Virus record (IMG/VR): IMGVR_UViG_3300029489_000102
Origin: a virus
Direction: 5' to 3' (one strand)
Length of the DNA: 64,000 nt
Shown here: one piece after another, positions 55,750-64,000 of the stretch
Position numbering within the stretch: position 1 is the first letter of the stretch
Layout of the letters: the number at the start of each line of letters is the position of its first letter
The notes under the pieces: generated by a model
Seen by the model: the letters and a program-made list of their open reading frames with translations, nothing else
Told to the model about the DNA's origin: nothing
The model's database searches: none
Translations under genes and position numbers: made by a program

Positions 55750-56424
55750 GTGTATTCGATGAAAACCGGGGAGCAGAACACGGACGGCAGCTATGTAAGC
55801 ATTACGGCAGACTTCCGAAAGTACAGTTCCATTGAGGACTCTATCAACGACCATTCCGCTTACCTGCTGGGAGCTATGAACGGCAGCCAAAAGCGGTACG
55901 AAGGACTGGCAGGCTGCACTGACTACAAGAAAGCCGTGCAGATCATCAAGGACGGCGGTTACGCGACGAGCCTTGACTATGTACAGAACCTTTGCCGGAT
56001 CATTGAGCAGTGGAACCTGACCCAGTACGATGCGGCGGTAGCCACTACGCCCACTACGGCCTTGTACCGTGTGCGCAAGAATTGGCCGGATGCCGCATCC
56101 CAGAAGGGTGCGTTCCGTGACCTCGGTAACGCAAAAGCGTGTGCGGACAAGAACCCTGGCTATTCTGTGTTCGATGAGAACGGCAAGGTCGTCTATCCCA
56201 CCAGCACGGTGTTTCAGCCCTACACGGTCCGGGTGTCCATCTCTGACCTGCACATCCGCAAGGGCCCCGGCACGAACTACGGTTCCCGTGGTTTTACTGG
56301 CAAGGGTGTGTTCACCATTGTTTCGGAGGCAACAGGCAAGGGCGCATCCAAGTGGGGCTTGCTGAAATCCTATGCCAGCAAGCGTAACGGCTGGATCAGC
56401 CTCGATTACGTCAAGAAGGTCTAA
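55750..56424 (+). CDS. endolysin part 2: remainder of glucosaminidase domain + two cell-wall-binding repeats + SH3b-like domain (same frame as part 1)
   Basis: DGHSVYSMKTGEQNTDGSYVSITADFRKYSSIEDSINDHSAYLL continues the glucosaminidase fold. 55750 and 54952 share the reading frame; only the TAG separates them. Confidence 0.7.
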   Translation: MYSMKTGEQNTDGSYVSITADFRKYSSIEDSINDHSAYLLGAMNGSQKRYEGLAGCTDYKKAVQIIKDGGYATSLDYVQNLCRIIEQWNLTQYDAAVATTPTTALYRVRKNWPDAASQKGAFRDLGNAKACADKNPGYSVFDENGKVVYPTSTVFQPYTVRVSISDLHIRKGPGTNYGSRGFTGKGVFTIVSEATGKGASKWGLLKSYASKRNGWISLDYVKKV

Positions 56425-56495
56425 TATCACCTCGTTGCGATGACACAAAAGCACTCTCTGGCACATAGACCGGGCTGATTCAAACGTCGCACTCT

Positions 56496-56530
56496 GGGCT
56501 TCCCAATTTGACCGGGAAGCCCTTTACATT
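56496..56530 (+). terminator. hairpin GGGCTTCCC-AATTTGACC-GGGAAGCCC + TTTACATTT
   Basis: 9-bp stem after the endolysin. Confidence 0.55.
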
Positions 56531-56665
56531 TGTCATATATGCTGCAATTCAGGCGTTCTGTCAGGCAGATAGTTTGTCGGTAATATGCCGATTTATCTGG
56601 GCGACAGAACTTGCTATTCAGCCATACATGCGGCATTATACGACTACCCCAAGGAGGATGACGCA

Positions 56666-57607
56666 ATGGAAATTGTAGTGAAACAGAAAAGGGCGGCGGC
56701 CTATTGCAGAGTCAGCACCGGCATGGAGTGTCAGGAAGGTTCCTATGAGATTCAGAAAAGCTACTTCACAGAGCTGCTCTCCAATAACCCCGATGAGGAA
56801 CTCGTAAAGGTCTATGCGGATGAAGGCAGCGGACGCAGTACGCAGGGTCGGCCGGAATTCCGACAGATGATTCAAGATTGCATGGATGGCAAAATCGACA
56901 TCATCTATACCAAGTCCATCTCCCGTTTCTCCCGAAATATGCTTGACTGTGTGACCGTGGTGCGTCAGCTGAAAGAGCTGGGCATCCCGGTCATTTTTGA
57001 AAAAGAGGGCATTAACACGATGGATGGCCAGAGCGAGCTGTTCTTCCACATCCTTGCCATCATTGCCGAGGAGGAGTCCAAGAGCATCGGTGAGAATGTT
57101 CGAGCAGGCATCGCCTATCTCCATGACCAGGGCATTCCGACCGGCCGTGTGACCTACGGCTTTCGCAGGGTCAACAAGCAGGGTGAATGGAGAATTGAAG
57201 AATCCGATGCCCGCCGTGTCCGCTATGCCTTTGACCAAGCGGCAAAAGGAGTCTGCTACGCAGATATCCGAGCTTGCTTGGATAAGATGGAGGATGAGGA
57301 AAATACCGGTGTGTCATGGTCTCAGAATCGAAATCGGCTACCCAATATGCTGAAAAATGTCGCATACATGGGGGATTACTGGACGGATTGCTACTACACG
57401 GCCTACGGCAAGAACGGCCACCGATACAGCAAGCGGAACAGGGGAGAACGCGCCCAAGTTCATCTGGAGGACCATCATGAAGGCATTGTCAGCAGAGAGC
57501 AGTTCGAGCGTGTGCAGACCATGATTCAGATGGGCTTGCTCCACTCCGGACGAAAAAAATACAATGATGAACAGCAGAAGGTCCTGAACGACCCCAAATG
57601 GCAATAA
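56666..57607 (+). CDS. serine recombinase (short, 313 aa; resolvase catalytic domain + recombinase domain, lacks long C-terminal zinc-ribbon/coiled-coil)
   Basis: AAYCRVSTGMECQEGSYEIQ (catalytic Ser), SISRFSRN, recombinase-domain motifs. ATG after AAGGAGGA. Confidence 0.8.
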   Translation: MEIVVKQKRAAAYCRVSTGMECQEGSYEIQKSYFTELLSNNPDEELVKVYADEGSGRSTQGRPEFRQMIQDCMDGKIDIIYTKSISRFSRNMLDCVTVVRQLKELGIPVIFEKEGINTMDGQSELFFHILAIIAEEESKSIGENVRAGIAYLHDQGIPTGRVTYGFRRVNKQGEWRIEESDARRVRYAFDQAAKGVCYADIRACLDKMEDEENTGVSWSQNRNRLPNMLKNVAYMGDYWTDCYYTAYGKNGHRYSKRNRGERAQVHLEDHHEGIVSREQFERVQTMIQMGLLHSGRKKYNDEQQKVLNDPKWQ

Positions 57608-57619
57608 GGAGAAAAGTAC

Positions 57620-59131
57620 ATGGAAATTACAGTAGAAAAGGTAGACACTGGGGTACAGAAGCTCGGCTTTCAGGCACTTAGCACCTTGAAAACAGTCCGC
57701 GTTGCAGTCTATGCCCGTGTCAGCACGGACCAGGAGATTCAGCTCCACAGCTTGGAGGAGCAGATGAAAGCCTTCCGCGCTAAGATTGCCCAGCACCCTG
57801 GCTGGATGTTGGTGGATGTCTACGCCGATGAGGGCATCAGCGGAACCAGCGTGAAAAAGCGTAAAGAGTTCTTGCGGATGATGGAGGATTGCGAGGCAGG
57901 CAAGGTCGATTATATCATGGCAAAAAGTATCTCTCGATTTGCCCGCAACACGGTCGAATGTCTGTCCTATGTGCGCCATCTTCAGAGCATCGGTGTCCAG
58001 CTTTACTTTGAAAAGGAAGGACTGGATACGGCAACGTCGGTGTCCGAACTGATTCTGACGGTCATGGCGGCTTTTGCACAGGAGGAAAGCCGTTCCATCT
58101 CCGAAAACCTGAAATGGGGCATTCGCAAGCGGTTTGAAAGTGGTGAGTCGCGCTGGACCAAGACCTATGGCTATCGGAAGACCAAGGACGGTGAAATTGT
58201 CATTGAACCGGACGAAGCTGCCATTGTGCGGATGATTTTCAAAATGTACCAGTACGGCATCCCCATGACGGACATTCTGGATGAGCTGACCTTTATACAG
58301 GCTCCTTCCGCAAGGGGCAAGCAGACGTGGAACAAGACCGCCCTTAAGTATCTCCTTGAGAACGAGAAGTACATTGGTGATATGCGGCTTCAGAAATGGG
58401 TCAGTGTTGACCATATTTCCCATAGGAGTGTCCGGAACGACTCGACTGTGATTCCGGTCTACAACGTCAGGAACCACCATGTTCCTATTATCGACCGCCA
58501 TACCTACCAGCAGGTACAGCGCATTATGGAACTGAAATCTCCGCATGGGGAGTACAGCCGGTATCCCTACTTCGATACAAACATTGTCTGCCCGCTGTGT
58601 GGGAAGAAGATGATTCCGAGGGTCATGAAAGTGAACAGCCACAAGCGCATCCTTGGCTGCTTTGATGTGGACGGCTGCCGTGGGTATGCGGTCAAAGGGT
58701 ATCTTGTGGATGCTGCCCTGCTGGAAGCCTACAACACCCTTGAAATCAAGGAAAAGAAGCGGACGGTAGCTATGCAGAGGATGCTGGAAATCAAGGCAGA
58801 GAGCCCGAAACTGGACACCGTCCAGTATTACTGGCTGGATGACTTGGTGGGGCACATTGAATTTAAACAGGACACCATGCGGGTGTTCTGGAAATGTGGT
58901 CTGGAGAGCGAGGTTGCTTTGAATGCATCCAAGGTTGAGGAACCGACCCATGTGGCGGAGCTTTATCGGAACTCGCTGGACCGTGCGCAGCGGAGCGAGA
59001 ACAAGCCGGTGAGCGTGGTGCGGGCTGATAAGAAGTCAGTGAATACGCGGGAGGCACAGCGTAATGCTGCCATGCAGACGGCAAAGAACCTCCGTGCCAA
59101 GGAGAATGGAGTAGCAGCAAATGATTATTAA
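57620..59131 (+). CDS. large serine recombinase (integrase-type, 503 aa)
   Basis: VAVYARVSTDQE (catalytic Ser), SISRFARN, recombinase domain, Zn-ribbon CPLCGKK...C, C-terminal coiled-coil. Confidence 0.9.
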   Translation: MEITVEKVDTGVQKLGFQALSTLKTVRVAVYARVSTDQEIQLHSLEEQMKAFRAKIAQHPGWMLVDVYADEGISGTSVKKRKEFLRMMEDCEAGKVDYIMAKSISRFARNTVECLSYVRHLQSIGVQLYFEKEGLDTATSVSELILTVMAAFAQEESRSISENLKWGIRKRFESGESRWTKTYGYRKTKDGEIVIEPDEAAIVRMIFKMYQYGIPMTDILDELTFIQAPSARGKQTWNKTALKYLLENEKYIGDMRLQKWVSVDHISHRSVRNDSTVIPVYNVRNHHVPIIDRHTYQQVQRIMELKSPHGEYSRYPYFDTNIVCPLCGKKMIPRVMKVNSHKRILGCFDVDGCRGYAVKGYLVDAALLEAYNTLEIKEKKRTVAMQRMLEIKAESPKLDTVQYYWLDDLVGHIEFKQDTMRVFWKCGLESEVALNASKVEEPTHVAELYRNSLDRAQRSENKPVSVVRADKKSVNTREAQRNAAMQTAKNLRAKENGVAANDY

Positions 59132-60335
59132 AAAGGTAATGCCAAAAATCCCAGTGGCAAAGAAACGTGTGGCCGCGTATTGCCGTGTCAGCACTTTTCG
59201 CAACGAGCAGGATGAAAGCTTTGAAACTCAGCAGAAGTATTACGAGGAGCTGATCCAAAGTCATCCCGACTGGGAACTGGTTAAGGTATATGCTGACCGG
59301 CATTCTGCTACACGAGTGAAAAATCGACCGGGCTTTCAGGAAATGGCGGCGGCCGCCGAAGCCAAGAAGCTGGATATTATCATTTGCAAGAGTATTTCCC
59401 GGTTTTCTCGGAACATGGTGGATTGCCAGCAGTATGCCAAATGGTTTAGAACGCTGGGGGTTACAATCATTTTTGAGGAACAAAATATCCGCACAGATGA
59501 TCCAACCTGTGATTTCGTCCTATCCATCTTGGCAGCAGTGGCACAGGATGAAAGTCATTCTATCAGTGAAAATGAAAAGGCTGCTTATGCAAGCCGATTT
59601 GCACGAGGTGAGTACAATCTCGGCAATAATCGTATTCTCGGCTACGACTGTGTGGATGGCGAGCTGGTTCCCAACAAGGACGCTTGGATTGTAAAGGAAG
59701 TATTCCGCAGATTCATCGAAGGCGAGAGCTATAGGCAAATCGCTAAAGGTTTGGAAGAGCTGGGGGCTCAATCGTTGCACAGTAAAAAGGGGTTTGGAGT
59801 AGAAACTCTCCGGTACATGGTTTCAAATGAAACCTATGTGGGTGACAAGCGGTTGCAGAAGAAAGCTCCGTTGGACTACCTGACCAAGAAGCCCAATCCG
59901 AATCAGAAGGTGGAATCCAATTATCTGTGGGATGACCATGAAGCAATCATAGATCGGGAGACATGGGATAAGGCACAGGAAATTCTGGAAAAACGAAAAG
60001 AACTGGCAAAGGTCGGTATTCATAAAACGAACAGGGAGCATCACTTCCTCTACGGCAAAGTATTCTGTGGAGAATGTGGTGCTCCCTTTTTGCGCCGGAC
60101 TTTGAAAGCTGCTGGCGGTTTCAAGACGCAAAGCACCTATAAAGCGTGGAACTGCCGAAACCGGCAAAAAGGAAAAGGCAATGAGCGATGCGGCAACCGC
60201 TTTATTAAGGAAGAAGAACTTATCGATGCAATCCTGCGAGAACTTGAGTGGCTGAACATGGATCAGGAACGGTTTGAAAAGGAAGTATCGAAGGTACTGG
60301 TATATCCAGACCATATTGAAGTTGAGAAAAACTGA
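59121..60335 (+). CDS. large serine recombinase (404 aa)
   Basis: VAAYCRVSTFRNEQ, SISRFSRN, recombinase domain, CGECG...C Zn ribbon. Confidence 0.9.
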   Translation: MIIKKVMPKIPVAKKRVAAYCRVSTFRNEQDESFETQQKYYEELIQSHPDWELVKVYADRHSATRVKNRPGFQEMAAAAEAKKLDIIICKSISRFSRNMVDCQQYAKWFRTLGVTIIFEEQNIRTDDPTCDFVLSILAAVAQDESHSISENEKAAYASRFARGEYNLGNNRILGYDCVDGELVPNKDAWIVKEVFRRFIEGESYRQIAKGLEELGAQSLHSKKGFGVETLRYMVSNETYVGDKRLQKKAPLDYLTKKPNPNQKVESNYLWDDHEAIIDRETWDKAQEILEKRKELAKVGIHKTNREHHFLYGKVFCGECGAPFLRRTLKAAGGFKTQSTYKAWNCRNRQKGKGNERCGNRFIKEEELIDAILRELEWLNMDQERFEKEVSKVLVYPDHIEVEKN

Positions 60336-60340
60336 TACAG

Positions 60341-60398
60341 CCCACCGGGTCACTTTCTGGCTTTGCGAATAAGCAAAAGAAGATGGTGACCCGGTGGG
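60341..60398. repeat. perfect 13-bp inverted repeat CCCACCGGGTCAC / GTGACCCGGTGGG with 32-bp spacer containing nested CTTTGC/GCAAAG repeat, followed by T-run
   Basis: Read directly from the sequence, 6 bp after the last recombinase stop. Terminator or recombination-site candidate. Confidence 0.5.
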
Positions 60399-60481
60399 CC
60401 TTTTTGTTTTGGATGGGATTGCTATGTATAGAGTTTTTCTTTTTGCTGGGTGCCAGAGACACACGATTGGGAGGAACTTGT

Positions 60482-60850
60482 ATGAAGCATGAACTTGAAC
60501 AGGTACATATTGAATCCTATGGATTGACTGGGCCAGAAGTGGTAGTTGCCGCAGCAATCAAAGTTTACTTGATGAATTTGCCATGGTCCGACGCGAAAAA
60601 GAAAATGGATGCAGTGATAAGCTTGGAGAGAGGGGCAGTGACGGTCGATGGGAGAACCCTGTCTGGTTTGGTGAACGATTCGGTAGAATACGCTCTGGGA
60701 GCAGTAGGCCAGAAAACTGAGCTTGCGCCAGAATTATGGCAGACAATGGAGGCCCAGCTTAAGTCGGTGAACGGATCGGTTACAGTTCAAACAGTAGCCA
60801 CAGGGCTGTTAGATTTCCTGTACGATTGCTGGACTTCAACTAAAAGGTAG
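60482..60850 (+). CDS. hypothetical protein
   Basis: ATG after GGGAGG. Upstream part of ORF 60383 looks non-coding. GC drops here. Confidence 0.4.
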   Translation: MKHELEQVHIESYGLTGPEVVVAAAIKVYLMNLPWSDAKKKMDAVISLERGAVTVDGRTLSGLVNDSVEYALGAVGQKTELAPELWQTMEAQLKSVNGSVTVQTVATGLLDFLYDCWTSTKR

Positions 60851-60936
60851 ACCTTGGTTACATACAGCCTGCATAGACCACAGAAGCACCCTCTGGAAAA
60901 GAAGGTGCAGCGGTGGCTTATGCGGGCAATTTTTGT

Positions 60937-61278
60937 TTATACGCCGAGGCTGTAAAGGATGGCGCGTAATTCTTTCAAGGTACGAGTGAGAATTTCAGCT
61001 TCGAGTTCGTTGCAGTCAATCAGAAGCCGATGAACTTCGGTGTCTGCTGTGGAAACGGAGTGGGTCAGACTATCGACAAGCAAGTCATCTGTAGAAACGC
61101 CGAGAGTGTTTGCAATCTCTACGATTGTTTCAAGACTTGGTCGGCAGGCAGCGGTTTCGAGCTGACTGATGTATTGACGGGAAAGATGAACCTCGTATGC
61201 AAAGTCTTCTTGCGTGAGGTGAGACTGGTTCCGAAAAAACGCTATACGTTTTCCGAGCGCAGGGTAGTCTATAGGCAT
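60937..61278 (-). CDS. XRE-family helix-turn-helix transcriptional regulator (repressor-like)
   Basis: IAFFRNQSHLTQEDFAYEVHLSRQYISQLETAACRPSLETIVEIANTLGVS: canonical Cro/C1-type HTH. Confidence 0.75.
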   Translation of the reverse strand: MPIDYPALGKRIAFFRNQSHLTQEDFAYEVHLSRQYISQLETAACRPSLETIVEIANTLGVSTDDLLVDSLTHSVSTADTEVHRLLIDCNELEAEILTRTLKELRAILYSLGV

Positions 61279-61357
61279 GGCTTTACCTCCAAACTGGCCC
61301 GCATAAGAACAAGACAATTATTGCGCCGAACAAAACACATAGCAAATTAATGCGGTA

Positions 61358-61396
61358 AGGATGCAACCTTCCTCCCCTTACGGTGTTGCATCCTTA
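61358..61396. repeat. 11-bp perfect inverted repeat AAGGATGCAAC/GTTGCATCCTT with 17-bp spacer
   Basis: Read directly from the sequence, in the XRE upstream region. Confidence 0.5.
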
Positions 61397-61410
61397 GAGA
61401 ATATTTTCTA

Positions 61411-61495
61411 TCAAATGTCAAGCAGTAGTTGACATTTAGAAAAAAGTGTCGTCTACTGCTTGACAGTCAACTCGCCAGTGCAGATGTATAATAAA
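61411..61495. promoter_or_regulatory. divergent promoter/operator region: inverted repeat TCAAGCAGTA...TACTGCTTGA overlapping two TTGACA hexamers and a TGTATAAT extended -10 (61485-61492)
   Basis: Operator-like dyad between the divergent XRE regulator (-) and AAA ATPase (+) genes. Confidence 0.45.
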
Positions 61496-61536
61496 ACTGA
61501 AGAACTCTAAGGGTTATACAATGCGGGAACGGGGGA

Positions 61537-62085
61537 TTGGGACGAGTGCAAGAAGGACTTTTGACGCTGTATAGTGAGGTCGAATCATCGCCAGTCCGCT
61601 GGCTCTGGTATCCATATATTGCAATTGGAAAAATAACCTTGCTACAGGGAGACCCCGGTGATGGCAAGTCTACAATGATGATGAATCTGATTGCTGAAAT
61701 AACCACAGGAGGTGCCTTTCCTGACGGAAAACCATTGGAGCAACCACAGAGGGTTATCTACCAATGCTCAGAAGACGGGGTTGCGGATACGATAAAACCC
61801 CGTCTGGAAGAACAGGGCGCAGACTGCAGCAAAGTGGCATTTATCAATGAAGAAGTCAACAGTGGGCTGACACTCGATGATGAACGCATTAGGGATGCAA
61901 TCGTTGCGTTTCGACCGAGGCTTGTTGTGATTGACCCAATTCAAGCATACCTCTCCAGTGACTCCGATTTGCAGATTGCTGGAAAAGCAAGGCGGCTGAT
62001 GCAGCACCTTGGAATGTGGGCGGCTACCTATGATTGCGCCATTGTGCTGATAGGGCACTTGAACAAAAAGGAAGGCATATATCTT
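61537..62085 (+). CDS. AAA_25/RecA-like ATPase (RepA/primase-associated type), apparently 3'-truncated at ~62085
   Basis: WLWYPYIAIGKITLLQGDPGDGKST Walker A, LVVIDPIQ Walker B, GHLNKK. Past ~62085 the frame is antisense to the convergent paralogue. TTG/GTG start. Confidence 0.55.
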
Positions 62086-62744
62086 GCCGCCGGTGCTTCT
62101 TTGTTCGGTGTGCGTGTGATTGCAAGAATACTTCTTGCAGCACCCGCAATATCAATAGAACCGTTGGTACGATAAAGAGGGTTGGTATCTCTCATCTTGT
62201 TCATATGAGCGATAATCACGATGGCACAGCCTGTATTTTTTGCAACTGCAATCAAGTGATTAAACTCTGCCCTTGTTTCGTTGGCATTGTTCATTGAACA
62301 GTTCTCTCCGATATAGAAACTCATCGGGTCAAGAATTAAAAGTTTTGCGTGATACCTTTCGATTGCTTCAGCAATACGGTTATCTCCAAAGGATAAAGAT
62401 TTTTCATCTTCTTTGATGAAGATAAGATTTTCTCCGTTCCCACCGGCAGAGTTAAAACGGGGGACTACCGTATCGTCTGCATCATCTTCCGTTGTCTGAT
62501 AGATGACTGTCATAGGCTCTGTTTCTTCTTCGGTAAAGGGGAGAGGTTCTCCCTTTGAGAGCAGGGCGGCTATGGAAAGCATTAACTTGCTTTTCCCATC
62601 GCCAGGATCGCCCTGCAAGAGCGTAACCTTGCCGAACGGAATATACGGATACCACAGCCATTTCACTTCTTTCGGTTCAATCTCACTTGCCTTGATAACT
62701 TCAAGAGGTACATTTACATTCATTTCATTTTCCATCTGCTTCAT
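62028..62744 (-). CDS. AAA_25/RecA-like ATPase paralogue (minus strand)
   Basis: KWLWYPYIPFGKVTLLQGDPGDGKSK, LLILDPMS, AHMNKMRDTNPLYRTNGSIDIAGAARS. About 40% GC. Confidence 0.65.
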   Translation of the reverse strand: MKQMENEMNVNVPLEVIKASEIEPKEVKWLWYPYIPFGKVTLLQGDPGDGKSKLMLSIAALLSKGEPLPFTEEETEPMTVIYQTTEDDADDTVVPRFNSAGGNGENLIFIKEDEKSLSFGDNRIAEAIERYHAKLLILDPMSFYIGENCSMNNANETRAEFNHLIAVAKNTGCAIVIIAHMNKMRDTNPLYRTNGSIDIAGAARSILAITRTPNKEAPAARYMPSFLFKCPISTMAQS

Positions 62745-62916
62745 CTTTCTTCGTTCTCCTTTTCGATAAATACTTAGGGCAAAGCACCACAATACAGCGG
62801 AAACTCTGCTTACAATCATTACTACATTTTCTGCAAGGTTCGTTGTAGGTAATGCGATTTCTTTCATTCAGAAACAATGCCCACTCTTGTTTCCGCTTCT
62901 TGCTCATTCTCGGCAT
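62725..62916 (-). CDS. small zinc-finger protein (CxxC...C...C), hypothetical
   Basis: MPRMSKKRKQEWALFLNERNRITYNEPCRKCSNDCKQSFRC. The ORF's upstream extension is probably not coding. Confidence 0.35.
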   Translation of the reverse strand: MPRMSKKRKQEWALFLNERNRITYNEPCRKCSNDCKQSFRCIVVLCPKYLSKRRTKKDEADGK

Positions 62917-63170
62917 ATCAATCCACCTTTCCGTCTGAAAATAAAAAAACACAGGAAAGATACTTGCTGCCCTGTTCCTGTCATTTTTCGGGGCGAAAAT
63001 CGGGCAAAATTGCCTTTCTAAGCCTTTCAAAAAATCACACAAGGTATTTGTACTAACCTGTGGTTATGTATGAAATTGTAGGGTTTAGGGTAACAAAAAA
63101 CACCGTATTTCTACGAGGTTTTCTGCGTTCAATTATTTGTTTTATGAATAACGACAAACGAATTGGAATT

Positions 63171-63731
63171 TTATTGATAGCCAATTTCCTCAATAATATC
63201 TTTAACTAATTTGTTTGAGTCAGCATCGGCTTCTGCATATATTACAGTATTTCCTACCCTCGTGCATACTGTATAATAATTATCGTGCTTTACCCAATAA
63301 ACAGTATAATTCGAGGCAGAGGAAGAATATTCTTGGTTTGTTGTTCTGCTCCCAAATCGGTCGCTATCGTATCTTACATAATGATAATAAGAAACTCGTG
63401 CAGCGTGTGCAGATTTATCATCATCAAAAATGAAGAAATTAAAATTAATACCACTATCTGGATTTATGAAAGTTAATGCTTTTTGGAGATGTTCACCCTT
63501 GCTATCGTTATTCTCTTTCAGTTTTTCCTTAAACATTTCGGTTGTATCGGTGGGAACAATTCCTTGATTTTCAACCGCTGCCCAAACTTGCTCATAAGTC
63601 GCAACGATTTTTGGCTGCCCATTTATAGCAAAATAAATCAAAATAGCACCTAAAAGCAAAACCACTACTACTGGAATTAAAATCAATTTCAGATTTGTTT
63701 TAATCAACTCAAAATTTATCTTCTTTCCCAT
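63171..63731 (-). CDS. membrane-anchored hypothetical protein (N-terminal TM helix)
   Basis: LILIPVVVVLLLGAILIYFAI TM segment. AT-rich codon usage consistent with the low-GC neighbourhood. Confidence 0.5.
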   Translation of the reverse strand: MGKKINFELIKTNLKLILIPVVVVLLLGAILIYFAINGQPKIVATYEQVWAAVENQGIVPTDTTEMFKEKLKENNDSKGEHLQKALTFINPDSGINFNFFIFDDDKSAHAARVSYYHYVRYDSDRFGSRTTNQEYSSSASNYTVYWVKHDNYYTVCTRVGNTVIYAEADADSNKLVKDIIEEIGYQ

Positions 63732-64000
63732 TAGATAATTACCTCTCCAAATTCAAATTTTCGCTCACTTTTATTATACTGCATTTTTGTGAACTTTTCA
63801 ACATAGCCACTTCCACTATGCTCACAACTTAATGACTTCTTGAATACTTCCCGAAAAAGAAAACTGCCATCAGTAAAGACAGCAGTTCCTTTTCGGTTGG
63901 TATGCTATTAGGAATACACAATATCGTTCAATACAATCTCATCTGCACAGGCTCGGATATTATTCATCAATCCGACCCATCTCATCATATCCTCCGCTTT

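Larger units (their letters stand above)
1..60398 (+). mobile_element. Prophage / temperate siphovirus-like genome segment (partial; left end outside window, candidate right end at inverted repeat after the recombinases)
   Basis: Contiguous co-oriented phage modules from replication through structure and lysis to serine recombinases. GC is about 57%, versus about 40% beyond 62.1 kb. Confidence 0.8.

Noticed and set aside
60341-60398. The inverted repeat after the recombinases as a definite att site
   Set aside because: It has a 32-bp loop and a trailing T-run, so it can equally be a transcription terminator. Without the empty-site sequence or the other prophage end the att site cannot be assigned.

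Overview
The window is almost entirely one temperate siphovirus-like prophage on the + strand (about 57% GC, HK97-fold head, very long tape-measure gene), read from its replication module to its recombinases. Modules in order:

- Replication: DUF932 protein, VRR-NUC nuclease, SNF2 helicase, P4-type primase-helicase, then an iteron/AT-rich candidate origin.
- DNA-modification block: phage-encoded SAM synthetase (MetK), HNH endonuclease, three DNA methyltransferases (ParB-fused N6/N4, a second N6/N4, a large C5 enzyme) and an NlpC/P60+SH3b hydrolase.
- About 9 kb of early/accessory cassettes (amidoligase-like enzyme, two GGCT-like proteins, DUF4314/DUF3846, several small or acidic proteins). Nine cassettes are each preceded by the same ~80-bp promoter/leader element.
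- Packaging, head, tail and lysis: P27-family TerS, TerL, portal, ClpP-like protease, HK97 major capsid protein, connectors, major tail protein, tail chaperone with an AAAAAAC -1 frameshift site, a 1,942-aa tape-measure protein, Dit, Tal, two large fibers (CotH-like and SGNH C-termini), holin, LysM protein and an amidase+glucosaminidase endolysin.
- Three tandem serine recombinases, followed by a 13-bp inverted repeat.

Beyond ~60.4 kb lie an XRE regulator and convergent paralogous AAA-ATPase genes, with an abrupt GC drop near 62.1 kb. Unusual points:

- the repeated promoter-cassette array;
- a MetK + methylase + amidoligase/GGCT island;
- a solitary MazF/EndoA-type toxin behind a structured leader;
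- an SPFH/band-7 gene and a RelE/Phd moron inside the tail module;
- in-frame stop codons in the SNF2 helicase (TGA in Walker A) and the endolysin (TAG);
- a G12 homopolymer between the two fiber genes.

Most long minus-strand ORFs look like antisense artefacts of the GC-rich coding strand.
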